Source: an uncultured Methanolobus sp.
GTDB lineage: Archaea; Halobacteriota; Methanosarcinia; Methanosarcinales; Methanosarcinaceae
Assembly: GCA_963675495.1 (NCBI GenBank)
Contig: OY776215.1
Location: 2,810,009-2,874,008 of the forward strand
DNA: 64,000 bases
Direction: 5' to 3'
Below are positions 12,007 to 21,623 of the stretch, piece by piece. Positions within the stretch are counted from its first letter, which is position 1, and every line of letters starts with the position of its first letter. Under the pieces are notes generated by a model, which worked only from the letters and a program-made list of their open reading frames with translations, did not search any database and was not told where the DNA came from. The translations under genes and the position numbers were made by a program.

Positions 12007-12894
12007 TTACTTATCCATCTTATTTGATTCACAATAAGAATCAAATTTTGGATATGATCCAAGTATTTTTAACATTGCTACGTTGGACTTTATATTAAAC
12101 ATTGCATGTTTTATAATAGTATCGTCTATATTTCCCTCAAAATCAATGTAGAAAACATAATCACCAAGTACTTTTTTAGAAGGTCTCGATTCAATCCTTG
12201 TCAAATTTATATCGTCCCTGGCAAATTCGCCCAGTATGGCATAAAGAGCACCGGGACGGTCACGGTCAAGATACACTATTATAGATGTTTTGTATAGATG
12301 ATCCTGTTTTTGTTCATCTGTATGCTTTATAGCACTTTCAGGAACATTGTTTCTTGTAATCACTACAAAACGTGTATGGTTATGCTTCCTGTCCTGGATA
12401 TTTGGCATGACAATATTAAGGTCATACATGCCAGCAGTTTCTGGTGATGCAATAGCTGCCATTTCTTCAAACTCAGTGGCAAGCTTTGCTGCGTGGGATG
12501 TACTTCCTGTGGTTCTAAGCTCAACGGCAGGAAATTGGTCTTTTAAAAATTGGCGGCATTGTCCCAAACCCTGTGGATGTGAAAGTATAATTCTGATATC
12601 TTCTTTTTTACCCCTGGACAGTAAACAGTGTTCTATGGTGACTATCGCCTCACCAATAATATGTACGTCATGTTCAAGAAGCAGGTCAAGTGTTACTCCT
12701 ACGGAGCCTTCAATCGAATTTTCCAGGGGCACTACTCCGATATCACATGCTTCGCTTTCCAGAAGAATGAATACATCCTGTATATCTGCACAATATTCCA
12801 GAATATGTTTTTCATTGCTACTGTTTTCTTCTATCCACTGTTTTGCAGCTTTTTCGGTATAAGTCCCTTTAGGACCAAGTACGCCAATTTTCAT
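12007..12894 (-). CDS. pheA: Prephenate dehydratase
   Basis: LGPKGTYTE, VPLENSIEGSV, SHPQGLGQC, NHTRF, INLTRIESRP (ACT domain). Confidence 0.95.
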   Translation of the reverse strand: MKIGVLGPKGTYTEKAAKQWIEENSSNEKHILEYCADIQDVFILLESEACDIGVVPLENSIEGSVGVTLDLLLEHDVHIIGEAIVTIEHCLLSRGKKEDIRIILSHPQGLGQCRQFLKDQFPAVELRTTGSTSHAAKLATEFEEMAAIASPETAGMYDLNIVMPNIQDRKHNHTRFVVITRNNVPESAIKHTDEQKQDHLYKTSIIVYLDRDRPGALYAILGEFARDDINLTRIESRPSKKVLGDYVFYIDFEGNIDDTIIKHAMFNIKSNVAMLKILGSYPKFDSYCESNKMDK

Positions 12895-12930
12895 TGTATT
12901 CTCCAACAGTAATAATATAGAAAAATCTTA

Positions 12931-14109
12931 TCATTGCTGTTTTTTCAGTATATCCTCAATCATTTTTTCCACATTGCTGTGAAGGTCGGCAAGCTCAACT
13001 ACGTTTTTTTCTGTATTTAGCATGCCTTCCACGTCCACATCCTTGTTTTCATCACTCATGGCAGTGATGTCCGGAAGGCTTTTTAGCTCATGTACAAAAG
13101 GCTTTATATCTTCCTCTTTTAGAGCCAGCTGAGCAAGTTGCTCTTTTATATCGTTCCTGGCGTTCTCGTCCACAATTTGCTTGATATTTTCTTCCATATC
13201 TTTTCTGCGTGGAGCCAGCCCGTCTGTAGTGCTGTATATTCTGTCAAGCATCTGTGCTGTGATAGCCTTATCAAAAATGATCTCTTCTGTTTTGACCTCT
13301 GGCTCAATTGCAACTGCTTTAGTATTGTTTTCCTTTGGTGGCAGGCAGACATAGTCTTCACTGAATAGTCTCTGGTTCATGTAAGTGGGGGACACTATCT
13401 CTATTTCAGAATCATGTAGTGTATCCATGACGTTCTTTTTAAAATCAGACCTTGATGTAATGAGACTCTCGATATCCTTAAGCAGTCCTCCAACTTTATA
13501 TGTTATCGAAAAGTCTCCAAGCTTTTCAACATGAACAAATGAATTTTCAAGACCAGTTATCTCAGCTGCTTTTAAGAGCCCCTTTTCTATGTCCTTTCGG
13601 GATATGTCGTATCCCAGTGATACAGTGGTAGTTATAATAGTTCCAGATGATCTGATTGTCTTCAGGGGGTTAGAAACCAGTTTTATGTTTGGGATGGTTA
13701 TGAGGTCCCTGTCCATGGACTGCACCTGTGTATGCAGGAAGTACATTTCGGTTACTCTTCCAAAAGTACCATCAATTTTGATGTAGTCCCCTACTCTGAA
13801 GGGATTTATAAGCCTGAGCATGATGCCGGCCATGGCGTTTGTCACAAAAGTTGTGGATGAAAATGTGATGATTGCACCAATTACCAATCCTACAAAGGTA
13901 AGGATCAGGTTTTTGTCTTCTACAGTGATTGGAAGGGTGAAAATGATGAACAGTATTCCAGTGACAAGGATTAAAAGAAAGATGATTTGCTGTATCATCT
14001 TTTCCCTTGAAAATAACTTTCTTTTCCTGAACAGGAAATCAAATAGCAGGACAAGTGAAATTGTTACGATCAGCGAAATTATACTTGGTATGAATTGCTC
14101 TATATCCAC
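12931..14109 (-). CDS. Small-conductance mechanosensitive channel (MscS family) with C-terminal coiled coil
   Basis: Three TM segments, NAMAGIMLR..PFRVGDYIKI, ITIPN, IEIVSP. Confidence 0.85.
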   Translation of the reverse strand: MDIEQFIPSIISLIVTISLVLLFDFLFRKRKLFSREKMIQQIIFLLILVTGILFIIFTLPITVEDKNLILTFVGLVIGAIITFSSTTFVTNAMAGIMLRLINPFRVGDYIKIDGTFGRVTEMYFLHTQVQSMDRDLITIPNIKLVSNPLKTIRSSGTIITTTVSLGYDISRKDIEKGLLKAAEITGLENSFVHVEKLGDFSITYKVGGLLKDIESLITSRSDFKKNVMDTLHDSEIEIVSPTYMNQRLFSEDYVCLPPKENNTKAVAIEPEVKTEEIIFDKAITAQMLDRIYSTTDGLAPRRKDMEENIKQIVDENARNDIKEQLAQLALKEEDIKPFVHELKSLPDITAMSDENKDVDVEGMLNTEKNVVELADLHSNVEKMIEDILKKQQ

Positions 14110-14241
14110 TTTTGTCCTCCCATGTGATAGTTTTCACTTCTGACTGATAAATGATATCTCATCATATATATAGAGTAGATGATATTTATGATTACTTTGA
14201 ATTTAAACTTAAATCTAAATTTAAATTCAAGCAAACTCATA

Positions 14242-14706
14242 TCAGTAAGTCTGTTTATCATCCTTCTCTGACCACTGTCTGAGCAACTTAAGGGCTTCAT
14301 CCCTTTCAATATTAATCAGCTTCAATTCACTATCCCGATTATCTCCCCGAATATACTCATAAAGAAGACTGTCATCAAAACCAATGGCAGCAACATCATC
14401 TTTGTCGGAGCCGTAATACACGGTCTTTATGCGTGCCCAGTAAATTGCTGCAAGACACATGGGACACGGCTGCGAACTTGTGTATATCTCACAGTCCGAA
14501 AGGTCAAATCTTTCCAGAGCAGCAGATGCCTGCCGGATTGCCAGAACTTCGGCATGAGCTGTGGGATCTTTTGTTTCCAGAACTTCATTATGGGCTCTTG
14601 ATATTATTTTTTTGTCCTTAACAATAATAGCTCCAAAGGGCCCACCATGATTGTGGTTCATTCCCTTGCGTGCTTCATCTATTGCAGCCTGCATGAAGTT
14701 GTCCAT
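14242..14706 (-). CDS. Zn-dependent nucleoside/guanine deaminase (CDA superfamily)
   Basis: GGPFGA, DPTAHAE, PCPMC, GFDD. Confidence 0.9.
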   Translation of the reverse strand: MDNFMQAAIDEARKGMNHNHGGPFGAIIVKDKKIISRAHNEVLETKDPTAHAEVLAIRQASAALERFDLSDCEIYTSSQPCPMCLAAIYWARIKTVYYGSDKDDVAAIGFDDSLLYEYIRGDNRDSELKLINIERDEALKLLRQWSEKDDKQTY

Positions 14707-14924
14707 AAAACAGTATAATTATTTATTGGTTTTAAATGAAGTGGTAGGTTTATTGTTTTCATGTATATTCTAAACAACACTTTATAGGAGGTTTATTGGT
14801 ATAATAATTAAGTCTAATTACTTTTATGTGCTTTTAAAGCTTTATTCATTTTTGATTACAAATTAAAGCTTTATTTATCCCTTTATTTGTAAGTATATTT
14901 ATATTTGCAGTTGAGAATCTGGAA

Positions 14925-15026
14925 ATTGTAAGATCACATGTTACGTACCACCAACCACCATTAACGTACCACCCCTCACCAACCACCAAACATATCGTAA
15001 CACCAACATGTGATCTTTCTAACAAT
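14925..15026 (+). ncRNA. Candidate structured sRNA or 5' leader with an ACCACC-rich loop
   Basis: 13-bp perfect stem AAGATCACATGTT (14930-14942) / AACATGTGATCTT (15005-15017), TATA-like TTTATAT at about 14898, C/A-rich repeated loop. Confidence 0.45.
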
Positions 15027-15125
15027 CACAAATTCAAATTCTATACCAAGCAATTATCCCGAATAAAACAACGGCAAGATAAAGGGGATAATAAGAGTAA
15101 AAATAAAGTTATAAGGAGCAGGTAA

Positions 15126-15419
15126 ATGAAGAAAAACACATTGAATTACATCATAGATATACCATTGTTACTACAGTCAGTCATAGTAAGTGTTACAGGA
15201 ATTGTTCTGATGTTTAGCAGTCATGATGCAAGTTTCCTGGGATTTGATGGCATGGGATTGCTTCATATGCATGAACTGATAGGACTCCTGATGGTTGCAT
15301 TCTCAGTTATCCATCTAGTATTACACTGGAAATGGCTTACCCATACAACAAAGAACTTCTTGACTGGCAAGAGTGGCCTGTCTGTAAACTGCAAAACAGC
15401 ACATCCTGTTGAAGATTAA
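15126..15419 (+). CDS. DUF4405-like small heme-b membrane protein
   Basis: NYIID..SVTGIVL...HELIGL...HLVLHWKW His pattern. Confidence 0.8.
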   Translation: MKKNTLNYIIDIPLLLQSVIVSVTGIVLMFSSHDASFLGFDGMGLLHMHELIGLLMVAFSVIHLVLHWKWLTHTTKNFLTGKSGLSVNCKTAHPVED

Positions 15420-15539
15420 TTTACTATCCTGTTAGATGTCTGGAATTTTCCGGATATTCTTACCCTATTTTTCCAAAACTTACCATAAACCTATTTATCC
15501 GATAGTGCTCTTGACAGTATAAGAATAAAAGGTGGAACA

Positions 15540-17060
15540 ATGCAGCTAAAAGTACAGCCTATTGATATCAAAGTCGGGAAATATAAAGTAGTGTTGAATA
15601 CAATTGACGCCAAGGAATTGGGCGTTAACGAGGGCGACAGGGTAAGGATAAAAAACCACACGACACTTACGGCTATTGTTGATTTTACAGAGGACATGAT
15701 CTCTCCGGGAATGGTAGGTCTGTATCACGAGGTGCAGGAACGGCTACAGAGGGAATGGACAGAAACTGTAGAAGTTGAACCTGCGGAAAAACCAACATCC
15801 ACCCATATCATCAGGAAAGTGATGGATGGGCACAAGCTTGAAAGGGATGAGATATATGAGCTTGTAAAGGATATAGTTGAGGAAAATCTCAACGATATCG
15901 AACTTGCAGCTTTCCTTACTGCCACTTACATCAAGGATATGAGTGAAGATGAGACTGAATGGCTCACAAAGGCAATGATAGAGACCGGAGAGCGTATAGA
16001 ATTCAGCACCTCTCCTATAATGGACAAACATTCAATAGGTGGTGTGCCTGGTAACAAGATATCCCTGCTTATTGTTCCAATTGTTGCAGCTAACGGTCTA
16101 CTTATCCCAAAGACCAGTTCCCGTGCAATAACTGGTGCTGGCGGCACAGCAGATCTTATGGAGATACTTGCTCCGGTGGAGTTCACTGCCCAGCAGATAA
16201 AAGAGATGACTGAAAAAGTAGGCGGTGTCATTGTCTGGGGTGGTGCTACTAATATCGCACCTGCTGATGACAAGCTCATAAAGATAGAATATCCGCTTTC
16301 CATTGACCCGCACTGCCAGTTGCTTGCTTCCATCATGGCTAAAAAAGGTGCAGTTGGCGCTCAGAAGGTTGTTATGGATCTTCCTACCGGTGCAGGTACT
16401 AAATTACCTGACGTAAAGGCAGCAAGAAAGCTTGCCAGAGACCTCATAAGTCTTGGTGAGCGTTTGGGCATGGATGTGGATTGTGCAGTAACTTACGGTG
16501 CATCCCCCGTAGGAAGAACCGTGGGCCCGGCACTAGAGGTTATAGAGGCTCTCAAAGTCCTTGAAACAATGGAAGGTCCCAACAGTCTCATAGAAAAGAG
16601 CGCTGTCCTTGCAGGCATGCTTCTTGAAATGGGCGGGGTGGCTGCCAAAGGACAGGGTCGTGACCTTTCCATCGAGACATTGAAAAATGGCAAAGCTCTG
16701 GCAAAACTCAAGGAAATAATAGAGATACAGGGCGGCAATCCTGATGTAACTCACAAGGATATTAAGGTCGGTGAGTTCACTGCAGACCTGACAGCCCCTA
16801 CCAACGGTTATATTCTCGAATTTTACAACAAACGCATAGTTCAGATAGCAAGACTGGCAGGTGCACCAAACGATAAAGGTGCCGGCGTCAGGATACACAA
16901 AAAACGTGGTGAGTCTGTCGAAGAAGGGCAGCCGGTCCTGACAATTTATGCTGAGAAAGAAGAAAAACTTGCAGAAGCTATCAAGAGTGCAAGAGAGGAT
17001 ATCCCAATAGTCGTTGAAGGTATGCTTCTTGAGAAAGTAGCGGATATTACAGAAATCTGA
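15540..17060 (+). CDS. AMP phosphorylase (archaeal thymidine phosphorylase family)
   Basis: DKHSIGGVPGNK, PKTSSRAITGAGGTAD, N-terminal double-psi barrel, 506 aa. Confidence 0.93.
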   Translation: MQLKVQPIDIKVGKYKVVLNTIDAKELGVNEGDRVRIKNHTTLTAIVDFTEDMISPGMVGLYHEVQERLQREWTETVEVEPAEKPTSTHIIRKVMDGHKLERDEIYELVKDIVEENLNDIELAAFLTATYIKDMSEDETEWLTKAMIETGERIEFSTSPIMDKHSIGGVPGNKISLLIVPIVAANGLLIPKTSSRAITGAGGTADLMEILAPVEFTAQQIKEMTEKVGGVIVWGGATNIAPADDKLIKIEYPLSIDPHCQLLASIMAKKGAVGAQKVVMDLPTGAGTKLPDVKAARKLARDLISLGERLGMDVDCAVTYGASPVGRTVGPALEVIEALKVLETMEGPNSLIEKSAVLAGMLLEMGGVAAKGQGRDLSIETLKNGKALAKLKEIIEIQGGNPDVTHKDIKVGEFTADLTAPTNGYILEFYNKRIVQIARLAGAPNDKGAGVRIHKKRGESVEEGQPVLTIYAEKEEKLAEAIKSAREDIPIVVEGMLLEKVADITEI

Positions 17061-17065
17061 TACAT

Positions 17066-17599
17066 ATGCCTGAACAAATAGTAATATTAAGACTTGGTCA
17101 TCGTCCCCAGAGAGATAAGAGGATAACCACCCATGTGGGTCTGACAGCAAGGGCCTTTGGTGCAGAAGGAATGCTTCTGGCATCCGAGGATAAGAAACTT
17201 GCCGGTAACATCGATGATGTTTCAACAAGATGGGGCGGTGACTTCTACGTTAAGAACGATGTAAACTGGAAGTCTGAAATAAAGAAATGGAAAGAAGATG
17301 GCGGAAAGATCTGCCATCTATCCATGTATGGGATAAACCTGCCAGATGCTGTTCCTGAGATTCGCCAATGCGACAAACTCATGATCGTTGTGGGTGCGGA
17401 AAAGGTCCCCTTCGAAATATATGAGATGTCTGACTGGAATGTTGCAGTTGGCAACCAGCCTCATTCAGAAGTTGCAGCTGTAGCCGTTACTCTGGACCGG
17501 ATAGCTAAAAGTGATCCACTGAGGAATGAATTTGAAGGTGGAGAACTAACAATAGTTCCAGAGAGATGTGGTAAGCAGGTTATCGATAACCGACAATAG
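17066..17599 (+). CDS. trm56: tRNA (cytidine(56)-2'-O)-methyltransferase
   Basis: LRLGHRPQRDKRITTHVGLTARAFGA, VGAEKVP, VGNQPHSEVAA. Confidence 0.95.
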   Translation: MPEQIVILRLGHRPQRDKRITTHVGLTARAFGAEGMLLASEDKKLAGNIDDVSTRWGGDFYVKNDVNWKSEIKKWKEDGGKICHLSMYGINLPDAVPEIRQCDKLMIVVGAEKVPFEIYEMSDWNVAVGNQPHSEVAAVAVTLDRIAKSDPLRNEFEGGELTIVPERCGKQVIDNRQ

Positions 17600-17617
17600 G
17601 ATTTGTCAGATCAGGGT

Positions 17618-17785
17618 TTATTCAGGGTCCCTTCTGACATCGGGTCCCCTGTATATTCTCCTTCTTTCATAATCACCGTATCCGCGGTGTTTTTGGTCCC
17701 CTTTTTTCTGAACTTGTTTTTCAAATAACTCATCGAGTTCATCTTCATCGATCTCATTATCTTTTTTTTCATCTTCCGTTGACAT
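17618..17785 (-). CDS. Small charged protein, 55 aa (not in ORF track)
   Basis: MSTEDEKKDNEIDEDELDELFEKQVQKKGDQKHRGYGDYERRRIYRGPDVRRDPE*. Starts 14 nt after the Nif3 stop, GTGAT upstream. Confidence 0.6.
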   Translation of the reverse strand: MSTEDEKKDNEIDEDELDELFEKQVQKKGDQKHRGYGDYERRRIYRGPDVRRDPE

Positions 17786-17799
17786 GTGATCACAGTTTT

Positions 17800-18540
17800 T
17801 TAAATGGTTTTGATAAATGGGTCATGGTCTATGAATTCCACATCGAGTTTCAATTTTTCTGCAAGTCTTGGACAAAGGTCCTGCATACCTGGATTTTCTG
17901 TAGCGTAATGTGTTGCATCCACAAGGAGCATATCACTGAAAGAGCGTATTATGTCGTGTTTGATTTCTGATGACACGTAAGCATCTGCGCCATATTCTCT
18001 TGCAGTTTCAATATACTCTGACCTGAAACCACTGCCTCCGAAAACCATCACTTTCCTTATTTCTTCTTTGTTGCCTGTATACTGTATGTGTGTGTTAAGG
18101 CTCTTTGAAACATGGTTGACAAAAGTTTCCGTTGAACATGGAGTAATTGTTCCGATTCTTCCAATGGGTATTTCCTTTACATCAGCCAATCCCAGCCTGT
18201 TTGCAAGAGCATCATTTATGCCGCCCTTCGCTTTATCAAAATTCGTGTGCATGGAATATAGTGAGATTCCATTATCAATTGCTATTTTGAGGCTGTCTGC
18301 CAGTTTTTTGTCAATGCAGTTGATAGGGTGGAAGATAAGTGTGTGGTGTGTGATAAGTATGTCTGCACCTATCTTTGCAGCCCTGTTAAGCACATATTCT
18401 GTGGGGTCAAGGGCAACAGCAATTTTGCAAACATCATTTTCCAGGTTCAGTGTAAGCCCTATTCTTCCAATATCAAAATCTTCAGCAAGCTCAGGAGGAG
18501 CAATTTGTTCGAGAACGTGTACAATGTCTTTTAGTTGCAT
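17800..18540 (-). CDS. Nif3-like dinuclear metal-centre protein
   Basis: LITHH, YSMHTNFD, GIND, GGSG, HYATE. Confidence 0.93.
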   Translation of the reverse strand: MQLKDIVHVLEQIAPPELAEDFDIGRIGLTLNLENDVCKIAVALDPTEYVLNRAAKIGADILITHHTLIFHPINCIDKKLADSLKIAIDNGISLYSMHTNFDKAKGGINDALANRLGLADVKEIPIGRIGTITPCSTETFVNHVSKSLNTHIQYTGNKEEIRKVMVFGGSGFRSEYIETAREYGADAYVSSEIKHDIIRSFSDMLLVDATHYATENPGMQDLCPRLAEKLKLDVEFIDHDPFIKTI

Positions 18541-18726
18541 AGAACAGGATTACTTTTGAATCGATTTGAACCTGTCGGAAAATAATTGCTTTTATTCTTG
18601 CTCGCTAATATCTATTTAATTTTATTTTAAATATTTTTATACAATCGAAGCATTCAAATAGGTTCAATGTATATTTATATATAAATAATATATTATATCA
18701 CGATAATAAATAATAGAGGATAGCTC

Positions 18727-19470
18727 ATGAGGATAAAGACAGGCATAGAAGGTTTTGACGAAATGGTGCAAGGCGGTTTACTTGCAGAGCGTGTTTATCT
18801 GGTAAGCGGTCCACCAGGTAGTGGGAAGACGACTTTTTCCGTGCAGTACCTTGCACATGGTGCAGCTCTTGGAGAAGTAGGTCTTTATGTGACATTGCTC
18901 GAAAGTCCGCAGAATATTATTGATGATATGTCAAACTATTCTCTTAGTGTAGTACCTCTAATTAAAATGAAAAAATTGCTTTTTGCGGATCTTGGTCCAC
19001 GAATGGAATATGGTTTCATGGATGAAATGAGTGAATATATCACACCGGACTATGAAGTATCAGCAACTTCAGCTGAACATGAAGCTCCTTCCCCTGCTAT
19101 GGTATTCAGGGAAATAGCTGCCTATGTAGCAGAATATGATGTAAAAAGGCTGGTCATAGACTCCGTCTCAGCAATAAGGTTCACTACACGGGATATGTCC
19201 CTTCAGGAAAAAGAAATGAGCCGTTTCATCAGGAATCTTAAGAAACTTGGTTGCACTACTATACTCATTTCCGAAATGACCGATCCGAGTGCCTACTCTA
19301 CAGAACAGTTTGCAGCCCACGGAGTAATTTTCATGCATAATTTCCTCTATGATAAAACAATGACTCGTGCACTACAGGTCATTAAAATGAGGGGCACACG
19401 GCATGATTGCAATATGCGTTCCGTAAATTTCGGTGACACGGGACTTGTAGTTACTGATCTTCTTGAATGA
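18727..19470 (+). CDS. KaiC/RAD55-like single-domain ATPase
   Basis: KTGIEGFD, GPPGSGKT, RLVIDSVS, RALQVIKMRG. Confidence 0.9.
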   Translation: MRIKTGIEGFDEMVQGGLLAERVYLVSGPPGSGKTTFSVQYLAHGAALGEVGLYVTLLESPQNIIDDMSNYSLSVVPLIKMKKLLFADLGPRMEYGFMDEMSEYITPDYEVSATSAEHEAPSPAMVFREIAAYVAEYDVKRLVIDSVSAIRFTTRDMSLQEKEMSRFIRNLKKLGCTTILISEMTDPSAYSTEQFAAHGVIFMHNFLYDKTMTRALQVIKMRGTRHDCNMRSVNFGDTGLVVTDLLE

Positions 19471-19482
19471 TGGTGTTTGCGA

Positions 19483-19989
19483 ATGGTACGATTCTTTGCG
19501 AAAAAAGAAGAAAAAACCCAGCTTACTGATTCCGAGATAGCTGAACTCTCTAAAAATGCCTATGATCTTGGATTTGAGGTAGGGTACCATAAACATTCTG
19601 AACTTGGATGGGTCAGTGAACGATATTCTATGCTTGATGATCTTGGCAAAGAGGCTGGACTTGATAATCTGGTCAAAGAACAGTATACAAAAGGCAAACA
19701 AGGCGGCATAAAAGCTAAAGAAAGGGACATAAACGCCGGTCTTTCTAAAAAAGAACCTCAAAAAAAGCGTAATGAATCCAAAGTTGATTATAATGCTTTC
19801 AACAAAGATCACCAGGAAAAATTAATTGAATCAGGTTTCAGGAGTTCTCTGGTTACCAATGATCATGCTTTTGGCATGATTAGCCAGCCTTCATGTATGA
19901 ATCTCCCAGAATCTACTTCCAGGACCAGAGCTCTTGACCGACCTTCCCAATTGCAAGGATTCAAGCCCTTGTACTCTAAAAACAAATAA
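19483..19989 (+). CDS. Hypothetical protein coupled to the KaiC-like ATPase
   Basis: 168-aa ORF starting 12 nt after the ATPase stop, with AYDLGFEVGY helix. No recognised domain. Confidence 0.7.
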   Translation: MVRFFAKKEEKTQLTDSEIAELSKNAYDLGFEVGYHKHSELGWVSERYSMLDDLGKEAGLDNLVKEQYTKGKQGGIKAKERDINAGLSKKEPQKKRNESKVDYNAFNKDHQEKLIESGFRSSLVTNDHAFGMISQPSCMNLPESTSRTRALDRPSQLQGFKPLYSKNK

Positions 19990-20017
19990 TTTTCTTTAAT
20001 CTATATCTGGTATTTTT

Positions 20018-21616
20018 ATGTTAACAAAAGAAATTTTCTCGCTGTTGTTTATTGTTTTGATCTTGTTCAGTTCATCTGCAATGGCATACGAGCTGGATGA
20101 TATTGAATGGAGTGATAGTGCTGATGAAAGTGGGACCCTTAATTGGGGCGGCACATTAACGTCAAATGACTACACCATAAAAGTTGAAGATTTCAATGAA
20201 GATGGTTTTGTAAGTATCGGCATCTATCGCGATGGTCAACTACAAAAGAAATCTCCTGCACGTGCAGGCGAAGGGTTTGAATTCCTCGACACTGAAAAAG
20301 GAGATGATCTGCGTATCTTAGTAAAGTCTGTAACTCTCAATATTGATGAATGGACGGGAAATATGGAAAACCCCAAAACAGCTATAGAGGTTTATGAAAG
20401 GGGCATACCTGAAATGGACATTTCAATTGAACCTGAAAAGGATACGTATGATCCACGAACAGTTTCTTATCAAACCATAATCGCAACAATTGATATCGAG
20501 AACGAAGGTGATGCTAAAGCATACGATATGGATGTAGAAATAGATGTGAATGGGATGGAATTTGTTGACGGCAAGTCCAGTCATCATTTTATTTCCATAG
20601 ACGAGGATGAAATACTGGAGCCCATAGAGATCGAACTGGAAATTCCACATTACTGGGAAGAAACGGATGTAGATATTACAGTTACAACAAAATCTGAAGA
20701 TATCAATGGTGAAATACTCGAAGATACTGAAACGGAAACTATCACTATAGAACCGGCAGTAGAACTTGTTATTACAAAAACGGTAACCGATGAGATATAT
20801 ATGGATGAGACTGCTCATGTTTCTGTCAATATATGGAACAATGGGATCTATAGCCTGAGTTCGGTGTCTGTTACCAATCCAAAAACTGAAGATCTTGAAA
20901 TACAGGATAACGTTGATAATGAAGTTACACTTTCTTTCAATTCAAAGGAAACCAAGGCAAAAGTATTCGAATATACTTTAAAGCCTACAAAGACCGGCAA
21001 GTATTCAGTTCCTGCAGCCACTGCTACTTTCACTGCTCCTAACGGAAAAGAATATACATTCACGTCAGAAAAAGCTAGTATCCAGATAGATGGTCCTGAT
21101 ATTGTTCTTACTAAAGCTGTGAGTCCGTCAACTGCAAATCCTGGTGATGAGGTTACTGTAAAGGTTACAGTAAAGAATCAGGGTACAAATGATGCCAGTG
21201 TAACTACTACCGAAACCATACCCGATACTGTGACATTTGTAAGTGGTGACCTGAGTTTCCATGATGTTGTTGCAGAAGGAAAATCTTATTCTTATTCTTA
21301 TGTCGTTCAGGTGGATGAACCGGGGGAACTGAAGTTTCCTGAAACATCTGCAACGTTCATAGATTTTGAGGAATATAAGGGTGAAAAAATATCCAACATG
21401 GCAATAATCACTGTAATTGATCCGTCGGCAGAAAATCCAGAGAGTGCATCTTCAGGAAGTTCAGATAATACTGACCAGCAGGTAAGTAGCAGTAATCAGG
21501 ATTCAAGCTATAGCAGTAATATCGATGATACCAGGGTAGAGCCAGGATTTGAAGCAAGTTTTATGATACTGGCGCTTTTCGGTGTATACTTCATATCCAG
21601 ACGTAAAGACAGGTAA
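20018..21616 (+). CDS. Cell-surface BatD/DUF11 Ig-like protein with PGF-CTERM sorting signal
   Basis: Signal peptide, LTKAVSP..ANPGDEVTVKVTVKNQG, C-terminal EPGF-TM-RRKDR. Confidence 0.85.
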   Translation: MLTKEIFSLLFIVLILFSSSAMAYELDDIEWSDSADESGTLNWGGTLTSNDYTIKVEDFNEDGFVSIGIYRDGQLQKKSPARAGEGFEFLDTEKGDDLRILVKSVTLNIDEWTGNMENPKTAIEVYERGIPEMDISIEPEKDTYDPRTVSYQTIIATIDIENEGDAKAYDMDVEIDVNGMEFVDGKSSHHFISIDEDEILEPIEIELEIPHYWEETDVDITVTTKSEDINGEILEDTETETITIEPAVELVITKTVTDEIYMDETAHVSVNIWNNGIYSLSSVSVTNPKTEDLEIQDNVDNEVTLSFNSKETKAKVFEYTLKPTKTGKYSVPAATATFTAPNGKEYTFTSEKASIQIDGPDIVLTKAVSPSTANPGDEVTVKVTVKNQGTNDASVTTTETIPDTVTFVSGDLSFHDVVAEGKSYSYSYVVQVDEPGELKFPETSATFIDFEEYKGEKISNMAIITVIDPSAENPESASSGSSDNTDQQVSSSNQDSSYSSNIDDTRVEPGFEASFMILALFGVYFISRRKDR

Positions 21617-21623
21617 TGACTTC

